A stretch of 64,000 bases of DNA from Alphaproteobacteria bacterium (GTDB taxonomy: Bacteria > Pseudomonadota > Alphaproteobacteria > SP197). Location of the stretch: contig OZ245842.1 of assembly GCA_965228895.1 (NCBI GenBank), forward strand, positions 3,552,001 through 3,616,000, in the 5' to 3' direction. The position numbers and the translations under genes are program-made. Below are positions 48,524 through 58,894 of this stretch, in pieces; within the stretch, counting starts at the first letter, position 1, and each line of letters opens with the position of its first letter. The notes beneath the pieces were generated by a model. The model was not told where the DNA came from and ran no database searches. It worked only from the letters and a program-made list of their open reading frames with translations.

Positions 48524-50038
48524 TTAGCGCAGTGTCGCCTTGTGCTCGGTGTCCTGCCAGGGTTCGCGGAAGCTGCGCTGGTAGTATCGCCAGGGGTCGT
48601 TATCAACCGCGTAATCCCAGACCGGCGGGTTGGCCTTCTCATAGGTCTCATAGATCAGCATGCGTCGCTGCCAACTCTCCTCGACATCCGCTTCCCATCG
48701 TTTGAGGTCCCACTTGGCGTCGACCGCGGCCTGCATGGACGTCACGACATCGGCACAATCCGGATCTGCCGCCAGGTTGTTCAGCTCTTGGGGATCGCTC
48801 GCCAGGTCGAACAGCATCGGGGGGTCGGCTTCGCAGTGAATAAACTTGTGGCTGCCGCGTTTCACCATGACGCCGGGCTTGACGCAACCCTCCGCGGCGA
48901 TCTCGGCATAGACCGTATCGTCATACCCGGCTGTTTCGCCGCTTTCGACAAGCGGTACCAGGCTGCGGCCTTCGATCGGCGTCGCCAATGCGGGTGGCTT
49001 TCCCTGGCTCGCGAGATCCAGCAAGGTCGGGAACAGGTCGACCAGAGAGACGTTCGTCGGCACCCGCCTCGGCGCGAACCGGCCCGGCGCGTGCAGGATG
49101 AACGGCACACGCATGGTCGATTCGAAGAAATTGACGATGCACCACATGCCGCGCTCGCCAATCATGGCCCCGTGGTCGGCGGTGATGATGACGATGGTGT
49201 CGTCGGCCAGCTTCGTGTCGTCTAACGCGTTGAGCAAGCGGCCGACCTGTTGATCGATGAAACTCACCATGGCGTAAAAGCCATGGCGCGCGCGCACGAT
49301 CTGCTCGTCCGTCAGCGCGTTCTCATCAATCCCCATCAGCTCATAAAGCCGCCTGCTGTGGGCGTCCCAGTCGGCTTCATCGAGCAGCGGCACCGCGGGA
49401 AGACCGATCTCGTCGTCGCTATAGCGATCCCAGCACTCCTGCGTCGTGCGGTAGGGTTCATGCGGCTCGATGTATGACACCGTCAACAGGAACGGATTGA
49501 GGTCGGGATCGCGGGCGATGTCATACAAACGGCGGATCGCCCGATGGGAGACCTCCTCATCGAAATCGATGCCCAGCGTCCGCGCGGCAACACCGGACTC
49601 GCGGATCGGGTCGACATTCGGCCACTCGCCGTCCAACTCCCGCGTTGGCATCCACCCGAAATCCGCCGGCACGGTGTCGGTCGTCAGCCGCTCGTCGAAC
49701 CCGTGAAGCTGATCGGGACCGACAAAGTGCATCTTGCCGGACAGTTCGCATCGATAGCCAAGCCTGCGGAGATAGTGGGCAAAGGTGGGAATGCTGGCCG
49801 GGAACTCCGCGCCATTGTCGTGAACGCCGATCCGCGATGGCAGCAGGCTCGCCATCATCGATGCCCGCGAGGGCGCACAAAGCGGATAGTTGCAATAGGC
49901 GTTCTCGAACACCACGCCTTCGTCGGCGAGCCGCGCCATGTTCGGTGTCTTCGCGATGGTGTTGCCGTAGGGCGGCAGAACCAGAGCGCCCATGAAGTCG
50001 GCCATGATGATGAGGAAGTTCGGCTTCTTGGCGGTCAT
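48524..50038 (-). CDS. betC: Choline sulfatase family protein
   Basis: CAPSR formylglycine motif; GKMHFVGPDQLHGF; DHG; overall BetC-like layout. Confidence 0.8.
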   Translation of the reverse strand: MTAKKPNFLIIMADFMGALVLPPYGNTIAKTPNMARLADEGVVFENAYCNYPLCAPSRASMMASLLPSRIGVHDNGAEFPASIPTFAHYLRRLGYRCELSGKMHFVGPDQLHGFDERLTTDTVPADFGWMPTRELDGEWPNVDPIRESGVAARTLGIDFDEEVSHRAIRRLYDIARDPDLNPFLLTVSYIEPHEPYRTTQECWDRYSDDEIGLPAVPLLDEADWDAHSRRLYELMGIDENALTDEQIVRARHGFYAMVSFIDQQVGRLLNALDDTKLADDTIVIITADHGAMIGERGMWCIVNFFESTMRVPFILHAPGRFAPRRVPTNVSLVDLFPTLLDLASQGKPPALATPIEGRSLVPLVESGETAGYDDTVYAEIAAEGCVKPGVMVKRGSHKFIHCEADPPMLFDLASDPQELNNLAADPDCADVVTSMQAAVDAKWDLKRWEADVEESWQRRMLIYETYEKANPPVWDYAVDNDPWRYYQRSFREPWQDTEHKATLR

Positions 50039-50137
50039 GTCGCTATCCCGATCTGCTGTTCACTGGTCAGGTCACGTCAACCATCGAAACGCGCCGAGAC
50101 GTCTAAGGACCGCCTCGACGCGTTGGCCTGTACTGGA

Positions 50138-50884
50138 TCACAGGTTCTGCGCGCCGTCGACGGCGATGACTTGGCCGGTCACCCAGCTTGCCGCGTCCGA
50201 CAGCAGAAAGGCGGCGACGCGGGCGACCTCGTCCGGTCCGCCAAAGCGGCCGAACGGGATCGACGCCAGAGTCGCCTCGTAGTCCGCCGGGCTCTCGGCC
50301 TTCACCTTTTGCCAGAGCCCGCCGGGGAAGTCGATCGAGCCCGGCGCGATGGCGTTGACGCGGATCTTGTCGGCGGCAAACGAACGCGCGTGCGACTGGC
50401 TCAACTGGTTCACCGCCGCCTTGGCCGCGCCATAGGGGAACCCGCCGGAAGCGCCGATACCGGAAATCGACGACGTGTTGACAATCGATCCACCACCGGC
50501 CGATTTCAGATGCGGCAAGGCGGCCCAGGTGGTGCGCACCGTGCCCATCAGATCGACCTCCATACTCTGGCGCCAACCGGTCTCGTCATCGCTGCTGCCG
50601 AAACCCGACGGGTTGTTGGCAAGGCCATGCAGACCGCCCAGCGCCTCGACCGCGCGGTCGACAAAATGGGTGACCTGATCGGGATCGCCGACATCGCAGG
50701 TCGCCGCAAAGACCGCACCGCCATGGGCTTCGAGCTGCTCGCGCGCGGCGTCCAGATGGTCGGGCCGGCGCCCGCAAATGGCGACCGACGCGCCTTCCAC
50801 GGCACAGGCTTCCGCGATGGCAAGGCCGATGCCCCGCGTCGAACCGGTCACGATAACTGCCTTTCCCGATAGCCCGAGGTCCAT
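50138..50884 (-). CDS. Classical SDR oxidoreductase
   Basis: TGSTRGIG, YGAAK, VNAIAPG. Confidence 0.92.
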   Translation of the reverse strand: MDLGLSGKAVIVTGSTRGIGLAIAEACAVEGASVAICGRRPDHLDAAREQLEAHGGAVFAATCDVGDPDQVTHFVDRAVEALGGLHGLANNPSGFGSSDDETGWRQSMEVDLMGTVRTTWAALPHLKSAGGGSIVNTSSISGIGASGGFPYGAAKAAVNQLSQSHARSFAADKIRVNAIAPGSIDFPGGLWQKVKAESPADYEATLASIPFGRFGGPDEVARVAAFLLSDAASWVTGQVIAVDGAQNL

Positions 50885-50964
50885 GGTCTACTCCTTTTTG
50901 AGGTGCTGACGGCCGCCGGCTGACTCCATAGACTGCGCGCGCCACAGCGACAAGGGGTGCGGCG

Positions 50965-52350
50965 ATGGACGCGACCGATCTCTGCTATCTCTCCGCCGTC
51001 GAGCAGAAGAGTTTGCTCGACAGGAAGGAGATGAGCACCGTCGAGCTGATCGATGCCCATGCCGACCGCATCGAGCGGATCAATCCGACGATCAACGCGT
51101 TCGTCACCCTACGCCTGGACGGCGCCCGCGACGATGCCAAGGCGGCGGACGCGGCGCGCGCGAAAGGTGGTGATCTCGGGGTGCTGCACGGCCTGCCGGT
51201 CGGCGTGAAGGACTGTTTCGCGACCAAGGGCCTGCGCACGACCTATGCGTCGCTGGCGTTCAAGGACTACGTCCCCGATTTCGACCATCTGGTGGTCGAG
51301 CGCGAGAAAGCCGCCGGCGCCATCGTGCTCGGCAAGCTCAACACGCCGGAATACACGATGGCGCGCAACACCTGCGACAACCCGGTGTTCGGTCCGACGC
51401 GCAACCCCTATGACCTCACCAAATGTCCGGGCTCCAGCAGCGGCGGCAGCGGTGCCGCGCTTGCCGCCGGACTGACGCCGCTGGCTGACGGGTCGGATAT
51501 CGGCGGCTCGGTGCGCAATCCGGCCGCCTGGTGCAACATCGTCGGCCACCGCCCGACCGCCTTCATGATCCCAGACGTGCCCAATCCCTTGCCCTGGCAC
51601 AACATGAACACGCCGGGGCCCATGACGCGCACGGTTGCCGATGCCGCGCTCTTCCTGTCGGCGCTCGCGGGGCCGGACCGGCGAGCGCCCACGCACGTGC
51701 AAGCGCCCTTCCCGCCCGGGCTTCCGGATCTCACACGCGACCTCAAGGGTCTTAGGATCGGCTGGGCCTCAGATCACGGATCGATCGATATCGATGCCGC
51801 TATCGCCCGCCAGTTCCACGAGCAACGCACCGTCTTCAAGGACCTCGGCTGTGATGTCGGCGACCACGACGTCGACCTTCGTGGCCTCTACGACGGCGCC
51901 TATGACGTACTCGCTCATCAGCGCGTCGCCGCCGAGGTCGAACCCGCCCGTGGACGCGGACTTGATCCGGGTCTAGAGGAACGGGCAGCGTGGTCGCGCG
52001 GCCTCAGCGGCGATCAGATCCTGGAGGCCGAGGCGCGCCGTCTCAGGTTGTGGCGCGACATGACCGCGGCGTTCGAGGCCTTCGATGTCCTGATCTGGCC
52101 GAACGATCCCCTGGACCCCTTTGGCTTCGATGATGACGCCGCCGGCGACAACATCGACTGGAGCCTGCTGACCGTCGCACCGCTGCTCGGCCTGCCCGCC
52201 ATCACCGTACCGTCCGGCTTCTCTGAAACCGGCCTGCCGCGCGGCCTGCAGGTCCATGGCCGTCCGGGCGACGATCTATTGATTTTGCAGGTGGCGTACG
52301 CCTATGAACAGGCCACCGGCCACGGTAAACGGCGCCCGGTGTTGGATTGA
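50965..52350 (+). CDS. Amidase signature family protein
   Basis: GVKD, GSSSGGS, GSDIGGSVRNPA. Confidence 0.93.
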   Translation: MDATDLCYLSAVEQKSLLDRKEMSTVELIDAHADRIERINPTINAFVTLRLDGARDDAKAADAARAKGGDLGVLHGLPVGVKDCFATKGLRTTYASLAFKDYVPDFDHLVVEREKAAGAIVLGKLNTPEYTMARNTCDNPVFGPTRNPYDLTKCPGSSSGGSGAALAAGLTPLADGSDIGGSVRNPAAWCNIVGHRPTAFMIPDVPNPLPWHNMNTPGPMTRTVADAALFLSALAGPDRRAPTHVQAPFPPGLPDLTRDLKGLRIGWASDHGSIDIDAAIARQFHEQRTVFKDLGCDVGDHDVDLRGLYDGAYDVLAHQRVAAEVEPARGRGLDPGLEERAAWSRGLSGDQILEAEARRLRLWRDMTAAFEAFDVLIWPNDPLDPFGFDDDAAGDNIDWSLLTVAPLLGLPAITVPSGFSETGLPRGLQVHGRPGDDLLILQVAYAYEQATGHGKRRPVLD

Positions 52351-52412
52351 CCCACGGACGACTGTGATCGCGGTCGTGGCGCCTTCCTATCATTAGGCGC
52401 TAAAAGACCACT

Positions 52413-54107
52413 ATGCAGATCGACGTCATCGACGACATCGCGACATTGAGGCGCCATGAGGCGGCGTGGCGCGTGGTCTATGAGTCCGACCCCGACGCCC
52501 AGTACTTCATGTCGTGGCCGTGGATGGCGAACTGGCTCGATCTGATCGATGACCAGTGGCTGGTGCTGGCCGCCAAAGAGGATGCCGCGTCGCCCTATAC
52601 CGGTTTCTTTCCGATCCAGCTGTGGTCGGAGTTCAACAAAGACATCGGTTTCCACAACACCATCCGGATGGGCGGCTGCTACTACGCCGGCTACACCGGC
52701 ATCTTGTGCGCAGCCGAGGACGAAGACCGTATCGTTCCGGCTTTCATGCACCGCCTTAAACAGCTCAACTGGCTTGCCATCAGTGTTGACCGTGTCGTCG
52801 CATCACCGCGGCGGATGGACCTCTTTCTTGGTGCGTTCGCACCGTCCGAGTTCGATGTCCAGGCCGCCGAACCCAAGCCAGACGAAAACGGTGTCGACTT
52901 CACGATCTACCCGTGCGTCGCACTGCCCGATGACTGGGAGACGTTCCTCAAAACGCATATGGGTCACACGACACGCAAGCATGCACGGCGGGCCATGCGG
53001 CTTGTCGATGGCGGCGAACTCAGCGTGACCCACGCGACGCCTGAGACCATCGACCGCGATCTCGACATCCTGCTCGGCCTTTGGAAGACAGCTTTCGAGA
53101 CCGTGAAGACAGAGGCCGCACTTGAGACCGAAATCAACCATCACCGCACCATGCTGCGGGCCTGTTTCGATGAAGGCGATGTCATGCTGCCGGTGCTGTG
53201 GCAAGGCGACAAGCCGATCGGCGCGCGGGCCCGCCTGCTGGATCGAAAGAACCGATCGATGATCTGCCTTGTCGGCGCCCGTGACCTGTCGGTCCGGCGC
53301 CCGCCGCCGGGCTTCATCGTTCATCTCTATTCGATCCGCTGGGGCATCGAGAACGGCTTCAAGACCTACGACCTGCAGCTCGGTGACTACAGCTACAAGT
53401 ACGATTTCGGGCCCGAGGAACGACGCATCATCAACCATGCTGTCGTGACAAAGAGCAAAAAGAACCTGCGCGGCAAGGTCGAGCCACGTTCGCTGCCGTA
53501 TGTCTTCGCCATGGTGCAGCGTTTCGCGGCAGGCGGCGACGTAGCCAACGCCGCGACGGGTTGCCGCCAGATCCAGCAGGTCGACCCCGACCACGCCGGC
53601 GCGGGCGAGTTGGTCGAAAAGATCGACGCGGCGGCCCAACCCACCGACGATCCGGTCGCCGACGCACGGCGCCTGGCCCAACAGGGCGCGTTCGACGACG
53701 CCGAAAAGATGCTGACCGAAATGCTGAACGACGACCCCAAGAACTTCGACGCTCGTTACGCCTTGGGCCTGACTTATCTTAAGCAAGGCGACAGCAAGAA
53801 CGCCGAACAGCACCTGAGACGCGCCATTGCGCTGAACGGCAAGGTCGCGTCAGCCTACTACAGCTACGGTAACACGTTGGCAGCACTCGGACGCCACGCC
53901 AAGGCGCTCAAGAGCTACAAAAAGGCGATCTCGCTCAGACCCGACTATCCGCAGGCCCACAACGCATGCGGCGAGACCCTTATGTTGCTTGGACGACGCG
54001 CCGAAGCGCTGAAGAGCTTCGATCAGGCGCTGGCAATTCAGCCCGGTTTCGCGCCGGCGCGCGATAACATCGACAGATTGACGAGTATCGACAGCCGGCG
54101 AAGGTAG
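52413..54107 (+). CDS. CelD/BcsL-like GNAT plus C-terminal TPR protein, paralog 1
   Basis: FMSWPW, LPDDWETFL, YDLQLGDYSYK, then about 5 TPRs. Confidence 0.82.
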   Translation: MQIDVIDDIATLRRHEAAWRVVYESDPDAQYFMSWPWMANWLDLIDDQWLVLAAKEDAASPYTGFFPIQLWSEFNKDIGFHNTIRMGGCYYAGYTGILCAAEDEDRIVPAFMHRLKQLNWLAISVDRVVASPRRMDLFLGAFAPSEFDVQAAEPKPDENGVDFTIYPCVALPDDWETFLKTHMGHTTRKHARRAMRLVDGGELSVTHATPETIDRDLDILLGLWKTAFETVKTEAALETEINHHRTMLRACFDEGDVMLPVLWQGDKPIGARARLLDRKNRSMICLVGARDLSVRRPPPGFIVHLYSIRWGIENGFKTYDLQLGDYSYKYDFGPEERRIINHAVVTKSKKNLRGKVEPRSLPYVFAMVQRFAAGGDVANAATGCRQIQQVDPDHAGAGELVEKIDAAAQPTDDPVADARRLAQQGAFDDAEKMLTEMLNDDPKNFDARYALGLTYLKQGDSKNAEQHLRRAIALNGKVASAYYSYGNTLAALGRHAKALKSYKKAISLRPDYPQAHNACGETLMLLGRRAEALKSFDQALAIQPGFAPARDNIDRLTSIDSRRR

Positions 54108-54231
54108 GGTGATGGCACCCTCCTGATCCCAAGCTGCGGATCTTGCTGCACGGACCTGCGGGACTAGGCTTTGATATAGCGGAACCAATGCGCCAGGATG
54201 ATGTCGCCTGGTGACGAATTGGATGCAGCAC

Positions 54232-55944
54232 ATGTCGGATGCGGTTCAAGTCGATGTCATCGATGACATCAAGGCGCTTCGCTGTCAAAGGGACGCATGG
54301 GATGCAGTCTATCAGGCCGACCCCCAGGCTCACATCTTCCTGTCGTGGATTTGGCTGACGAATTGGCTCGATCTGGTCAGTGAGCCATGGATGGTACTCG
54401 CAGCCCGGCAGAAAAAGGAGGACGCGCCCTACTGCGCCTTCTTTCCTGTCCAGTTGTGGTCGGAACGCGATCAGGGTCCCGGCTTCATCAACACTGTGCG
54501 CATGGGCGGCATGCTCCTTGCCGGTTACTCCGGTGTCCTTTGCGACCCCCGCTTCGAAGCGGATGTCGTGCCGGCACTCACACGACGCCTTCTCGACTTC
54601 AATTGGGCAGGCCTTTATCTCACCAGCACGCGCATGTCGGAAGAACGGTATGCACTGCTGGTGACTGGTTTCGAACCGTCCTCGTTCCGTGTCATCCAGC
54701 AGCCGCCGCTTATCGACGAAAACGGAATCGACAAGTCGGTGAACTGTTACGTCGAGCTTCCGGCTGACTGGGAGACATTTCTGTCGCAGAATCTAGGGTC
54801 GAAAATGCGCGCACACGCGCGCCGCTACATGAGGCATCTGGAGTCTGGAGAGCTTCGCGTGACGCACACAACGGCCGAGACGTTGGGTGGCGATCTCGAT
54901 ACACTCTACCGATTCTGGGAAGATAGATGGGGTTCAATCAAGTCCGACCAAAATCTCGCCTATAGTGTCCGCTATGGACGCACCATGATCGAACGCTGTT
55001 TCCGCGAAGACGCCGTTCTCATCATGACTCTTTGGCATGGCGAAGAACCCGTGGGCGTCCAGATGAAGTATCTGGATTTCGTCAACAAGACGATCATCTG
55101 CAACATTGACGGCCGCGACCTAGACTTTCGTCGGCCTTCACCGGGCCTGGTCCTTCACTTCTACGCAATTCGTTGGGCAATCGAAAACGGATACCAGACC
55201 TACGACTTGCAGCTTGGCTCCGATGCCTACAAGTACGACCTTGGTGCGATTGATCGCAGGTTGGCCAACACAATCATCGCGACAAGAAACAACAAGAACC
55301 GGCGTGATCGCCTTGACCCGCGATCTCTCGACAGCGTTCTGCTCCTTTCACAACACGCTGCGACGACCGGTGACTTCGACAATGCCAAGGTTGGATGCGC
55401 GCAGATACTTCAGGTCGACCCGAAGCACGCCGGCGCCCGCGACCTGCTCAGCAAGGTCGACGACGCGCTGGCCGCAACAGTCAAGAAACGGATCATCGAA
55501 GCACAGCAGTTGGTACGGCAAGGGGCCATTGACCAGGCTATCGGAGTATTTGAAGACGTTCTCGCAGCCGAACCGAAGAACTACGACGCGCGACTCATGG
55601 TCGGGCTTGTTTACCTGCATCAAGGCAACGCGACCGCCGCTGAAAAGCACATCCGCCAAGCTCTCGTCATCAACGCGAAGGCGGCTCCCGCCCACTTCAA
55701 CTACGGCATGGCGCTGCGCGGCCTTGGACGTGGCGCAAAGGCGCTTAAGAGTTTCAAGAAAGCAATTTCGCTGAAACCCGATTACGTCGAAGCGCACAAT
55801 GCCAGTGGTGAAGTTCTGGCGTCCACGGGCCGACACGCGGAGGCGCTGAAGTGCTTCGACAAGGCGATCTCGCTTCAGCCTGGCTACGCACTCGCGCGCC
55901 AGAACCGCGACCGTGTCGCACCACTCGTCAAACGGCAGCGCTAG
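54232..55944 (+). CDS. CelD/BcsL-like GNAT plus C-terminal TPR protein, paralog 2
   Basis: FLSWIW, LPADWETFL, YDLQLGSDAYK, TPRs; colinear with paralog 1. Confidence 0.82.
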   Translation: MSDAVQVDVIDDIKALRCQRDAWDAVYQADPQAHIFLSWIWLTNWLDLVSEPWMVLAARQKKEDAPYCAFFPVQLWSERDQGPGFINTVRMGGMLLAGYSGVLCDPRFEADVVPALTRRLLDFNWAGLYLTSTRMSEERYALLVTGFEPSSFRVIQQPPLIDENGIDKSVNCYVELPADWETFLSQNLGSKMRAHARRYMRHLESGELRVTHTTAETLGGDLDTLYRFWEDRWGSIKSDQNLAYSVRYGRTMIERCFREDAVLIMTLWHGEEPVGVQMKYLDFVNKTIICNIDGRDLDFRRPSPGLVLHFYAIRWAIENGYQTYDLQLGSDAYKYDLGAIDRRLANTIIATRNNKNRRDRLDPRSLDSVLLLSQHAATTGDFDNAKVGCAQILQVDPKHAGARDLLSKVDDALAATVKKRIIEAQQLVRQGAIDQAIGVFEDVLAAEPKNYDARLMVGLVYLHQGNATAAEKHIRQALVINAKAAPAHFNYGMALRGLGRGAKALKSFKKAISLKPDYVEAHNASGEVLASTGRHAEALKCFDKAISLQPGYALARQNRDRVAPLVKRQR

Positions 55945-55962
55945 ATAGTTGAGCGATTACAC

Positions 55963-56997
55963 CTAACTTACGGCCAGCAGTTCTCGCGCCCGTTTCGCGA
56001 TGCCGTCAGCGTCCAGCTCATAGTGCGCATAAAGCGCTGCCGGCGGACCGATCAGGGCGTAAGTGTCGTCGATGCCGTGGCGGGTGAAGGGAACGCGGTC
56101 CATCTCGACCAGCACCTCGGCGACCGCGCTACCCAGGCCGCCGATCACGTTGTGCTCCTCAACGGTCATGACGGCGCCGGTCTCGGCGGCTGCTGCGGCG
56201 ATGGCGTCGCGGTCGAGAGGTTTGATCGTGTGCATGTCGAGCACGCGCACGGATAGGCCATCGGCTTCCAACATAGCTGCCGCTTCCAACGACGGATGTA
56301 CCTCTGAGCCCGTGGCGATAAGCGTCAGGTCCCTGCCATCCCGCAACGTAATCGCCTTGCCGAACACGAGGTCGTCCGGCACGGTCTCGTAGACATCGGG
56401 ATCGCGGCCACGGCCAAGGCGGATATACATGGCGCCCGGATGATCGACGGACTTGCGCAGCACCGCGCGCAGGTGGTTGGCGTCGGTCGCGCACACCACA
56501 GTCAGCCCGGCGATCGTGCGCATCATGCCCAGATCCTCGGTCGCGTGATGGCTGGTGCCGTAAAAGCCCATGGAGATGCCGGAGTGATGGCCGACCGCGC
56601 GCACGGGCATTTCGGGATAGGCACAGTCGGTGCGGATCTGTTCGGCGCACAGGATGGCGCAAAAGGCCGCGAACGTCGCGGCATAGGGAATCTGGCCGGA
56701 TGCCGCCATGCCGGCCGCCGCCGTTATCATGTTCTTTTCCGCGATTCCGAAATCGAAGTAGCGCTCGGGGTGGCGCGCCTGGAACTCGGTCGTGCGGTTG
56801 GCGGTCGCAAGATCGGCGGTCAACACCACAATGCGCGGATCCTTGTCGGCCAGCGCCGCCAGTTCGTCGCCCAAAACGAACGCCGGCAGGCGCGAGGCCG
56901 GTGTGCCTTTGGTCGATTCACTTTCGCTGAGCTCGGCGATGCCGGTAAAGATATCGCTCTGGTTTTGGCCGCTGTCGTAGTCCGGGCGCCCGCTCAT
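55963..56997 (-). CDS. Split transketolase, C-terminal subunit
   Basis: GIAEKNM, GTSHHATED, YIRLGRG, EEH...GGLG. Confidence 0.92.
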   Translation of the reverse strand: MSGRPDYDSGQNQSDIFTGIAELSESESTKGTPASRLPAFVLGDELAALADKDPRIVVLTADLATANRTTEFQARHPERYFDFGIAEKNMITAAAGMAASGQIPYAATFAAFCAILCAEQIRTDCAYPEMPVRAVGHHSGISMGFYGTSHHATEDLGMMRTIAGLTVVCATDANHLRAVLRKSVDHPGAMYIRLGRGRDPDVYETVPDDLVFGKAITLRDGRDLTLIATGSEVHPSLEAAAMLEADGLSVRVLDMHTIKPLDRDAIAAAAAETGAVMTVEEHNVIGGLGSAVAEVLVEMDRVPFTRHGIDDTYALIGPPAALYAHYELDADGIAKRARELLAVS

Positions 56998-57878
56998 ACC
57001 CCGCCTCCGTGACCGATGACGGTGTCGGGCCCCAACTGGATCTCCTTGACCACGGCGTCATAGTCGCGCCCGACCAGATTGCCGACGTGCCAATTCAAGC
57101 TCATCTCCATCATCTTGACGCCGCGTCCCTTGATCGTGTCGGCGATGATCATCTGGGGTTTGCCCTCGCCCGGCGGTTTGAGTTTGCCGAAGGCTTCCAG
57201 GATCGCCGGGAGGTCATGGCCGTCGATGCGCTGGACATCCCAGCCGAACGACGCGAAGCGCTGCTCCAACGGCTCGACGCTCATGATCTCTTCGGTGTGG
57301 CCGTCGATGCACAGACCGTTGCGGTCGACGATACCGATCAGCGACTCCAGGCCGAAGTGCCCGGCCGCCATCGCGGCCTCCCATACCTGGCCCTCGTTCA
57401 GTTCGCCGTCACCCAGCATGCAGAAGACCCGGTGCGAGCGGTCTTGAACACGCGCGGCCAGCGCCATGCCGACGGCGACCGATAGCCCGTGACCCAGCGA
57501 GCCCGAGCTGAAATCCGTGCCGGGGATCTTCTTCATGTCGGGATGATCACCGAACGGCGAACCCAACCGCGTGTATTCGTCCAGCAACGCCTTATCGAAG
57601 AATCCCAGATCGGCCAGGATCGGATAGAGTCCGATCGCCGCATGGCCTTTGCTCAGGATGAACCGGTCGCGGTCCGGCCAATCGGGCTCGTGCGGCCGGA
57701 TCTTGAGTTCGGCGTAATAGAGCGCGGCGAACAGTTCGGCTGCCGAAAAGGTGCTGGAGTAGTGTCCGGCGCCGGCGATCTTGGTCAAACGCACGGTTTC
57801 CAGGCGCACGAACTTAGCGCGATCGGCCAGAAAGGCCTCAGTCACGTTGCGTCCGTTCTCTCGCGAAACCGCCGTCAT
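56994..57878 (-). CDS. Split transketolase, N-terminal (ThDP-binding) subunit
   Basis: DRFILSKGH, GSLGHG, GDGELNEG...DRN. Confidence 0.93.
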   Translation of the reverse strand: MTAVSRENGRNVTEAFLADRAKFVRLETVRLTKIAGAGHYSSTFSAAELFAALYYAELKIRPHEPDWPDRDRFILSKGHAAIGLYPILADLGFFDKALLDEYTRLGSPFGDHPDMKKIPGTDFSSGSLGHGLSVAVGMALAARVQDRSHRVFCMLGDGELNEGQVWEAAMAAGHFGLESLIGIVDRNGLCIDGHTEEIMSVEPLEQRFASFGWDVQRIDGHDLPAILEAFGKLKPPGEGKPQMIIADTIKGRGVKMMEMSLNWHVGNLVGRDYDAVVKEIQLGPDTVIGHGGGV

Positions 57879-58084
57879 CGTGTATCCTCGCATTTGTACG
57901 CGTTCTGGAAGGTGAGCTTAATGCTGCCGGCCGGCGCAATCCAGAGAGGAAAGTCGAGTTTCCTCGGTTTTCTTGTGATCACGGCCGCAAAGTGTTTCAA
58001 GGATGTAACGGTGGCTTGTCGGGCACCGCACCGGCGCATAGTTATGTGGCCAACGCAGATCGTTCCCGAAAAAGGAGACCGCGT

Positions 58085-58894
58085 GTGATCGACGTGAAAA
58101 GGGTTCAGACCGCGACTGGCTTGGAGTTTGAGGTTGCATGTTGCGGTGACTTGGAAAAGCCCATCGTCATGCTGCATGGCTACGGCGACAGTTGGTATTC
58201 CTTCAACGGTATGCTTGAGGCCCTGCCCGACGACAAATCGGCGGTCGCGATCACCCAGCGGGGCCATGGCAACAGCGCCAAACCCGAGGACGGTTACTCG
58301 ATTCAACAGTACGCTCGCGACGCCATGGGCGTTCTCGATGCTCTTGGCGTTGCCGAGGCGCCGATCGTCGGTCATTCCATGGGAACGTTCATCGCTCAAG
58401 AGATTGCCCTCACGGCACCGTCCAGGGTCTCTCACCTCATCTTGATCGCTTCTGCGGTGACCGCGGACAACGACGTCGTGGTCGGCCTCGCCGAAGAAAC
58501 GGCAAAACTGGGCGATCCAGTGCCCCGGGCCTTTGTCCACGAGTTCCAAGCCGGCACCTGTGCCAACCCCCTGGGCCCCGGTATGGCGCTCGACCAAATT
58601 GTCGATGAAAGCATGTTGTTGCCGGCGCGAGTCTGGCGCGATGCCTTGCAAGGCCTGCTCGCCTATCGGCCCAGAGACGTCGATCCGGAGCTATCGTCGA
58701 TCGACTGTCCGACGCTTATCCTGTGGGGCGACGAAGACGCATTGTTCCTTGTTGATGAGCAATCACGGCTCAACCAGAAAATCGACGGTTCTGAACTGAT
58801 GATCTACGAAGGCGTCGGGCACGGCCTCCAGTGGGAAGCCCCGGTCGAGGCGACAACCGATACGTTGTCGTTCATGGCGCGTCGCGGCGGTTAA
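58085..58894 (+). CDS. Alpha/beta hydrolase
   Basis: AGGAG RBS; LHGY, RGHG, GHSMG, WG..D, GH. Confidence 0.9.
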   Translation: MIDVKRVQTATGLEFEVACCGDLEKPIVMLHGYGDSWYSFNGMLEALPDDKSAVAITQRGHGNSAKPEDGYSIQQYARDAMGVLDALGVAEAPIVGHSMGTFIAQEIALTAPSRVSHLILIASAVTADNDVVVGLAEETAKLGDPVPRAFVHEFQAGTCANPLGPGMALDQIVDESMLLPARVWRDALQGLLAYRPRDVDPELSSIDCPTLILWGDEDALFLVDEQSRLNQKIDGSELMIYEGVGHGLQWEAPVEATTDTLSFMARRGG

